Assembly (NCBI GenBank): GCA_964234715.1
Contig: OZ174277.1
Length of the DNA: 64,000 nucleotides
DNA from: Podarcis melisellensis
Lineage: Eukaryota
Reading direction: 5' to 3' (one strand)
Below are positions 63,491-64,000 of the stretch, one piece after another (the first letter of the stretch is position 1; each line of letters opens with the position of its first letter). The notes under the pieces are model-generated. The model saw only the letters and a program-made list of their open reading frames with translations, did no database searches and had not been told where the DNA came from. The translations under genes and the position numbers were made by a program.

Positions 63491-64000
63491 AGTCTACTGA
63501 TATAAATTTACCAGTAGAATGTATGAGCTTCATGTCCTAATTAATAAAAAGTGCAGAGATAATTTTAACCTCCATTTATGAGCTGTTTAATTCATTGCTT
63601 TAATAAATATAACTCTGATACATTAGTGTGGCAACATTTGGTCAACAAGTTTCAGTAGTAGTTTGCTAGTTTTTTTAATGTATGGGTCTGCTTCTCTCAA
63701 AGCTGCCTTCAAATTAGTACAAAAACATAATTAACTGTGTTGTGGGTAATAACTTGGAAACAGTAGTCTTCTGCTTCTCTGTCTATTCAGTTTTACCTAA
63801 GATTGGTGGATAAGCCAAGGTTTTATGGCTAGACACTTTCAGTGCTTATATATTTTCTGTATACCAGGACAGCAATAATGTAGGTGAGGTCCTAGAAACC
63901 TAGAAAGGCCAAAGAGAAGACCAAAGACTCATCAAATAAGGTGTGAATCAGAGTTCCCAATATTTCTTACAGCTATCAACATTTGTAGCATCCATGATCA

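Overview
Eukaryotic genomic DNA, almost certainly from a squamate and probably a lacertid lizard (Sauria SINEs, RTE-BovB, squamate L1/L2/Penelope, hAT and Tc1-mariner MITEs). The window lies inside one large + strand gene, EHBP1. Six coding exons with GT-AG sites and consistent phases are present (26635-26816, 27118-27257, 30791-30895, 31459-31581, 35697-35955, 50886-51063). They encode the C-terminal half of the NT-C2 domain, the acidic linker and five NPF motifs. I did not find the upstream C2 exons or the CH-domain exons. Most ORFs in the supplied track are intronic noise or transposon remnants, and there is a 173-N assembly gap at 5724-5896. Main observations: (1) a candidate internal alternative first coding exon at 59124-59364 encodes MGAMAS..., an N-myristoylation-type start, in phase with the downstream CH exons; (2) the ~1.2-kb cassette containing it is duplicated at ~99% identity 58 kb upstream (684-1875), where it would also be in phase with exon 26635; (3) two complete ~2-kb RT-less L1-derived retroelements share a GACTTCCGG 5' end and carry 16-bp TSDs, and a third L1 has its RT deleted; (4) several unusual insertion junctions, including a templated flank copy inside a SINE, a telomeric patch and a triple TSD. 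Family and gene assignments come from recognition of the sequence, not from database searches.
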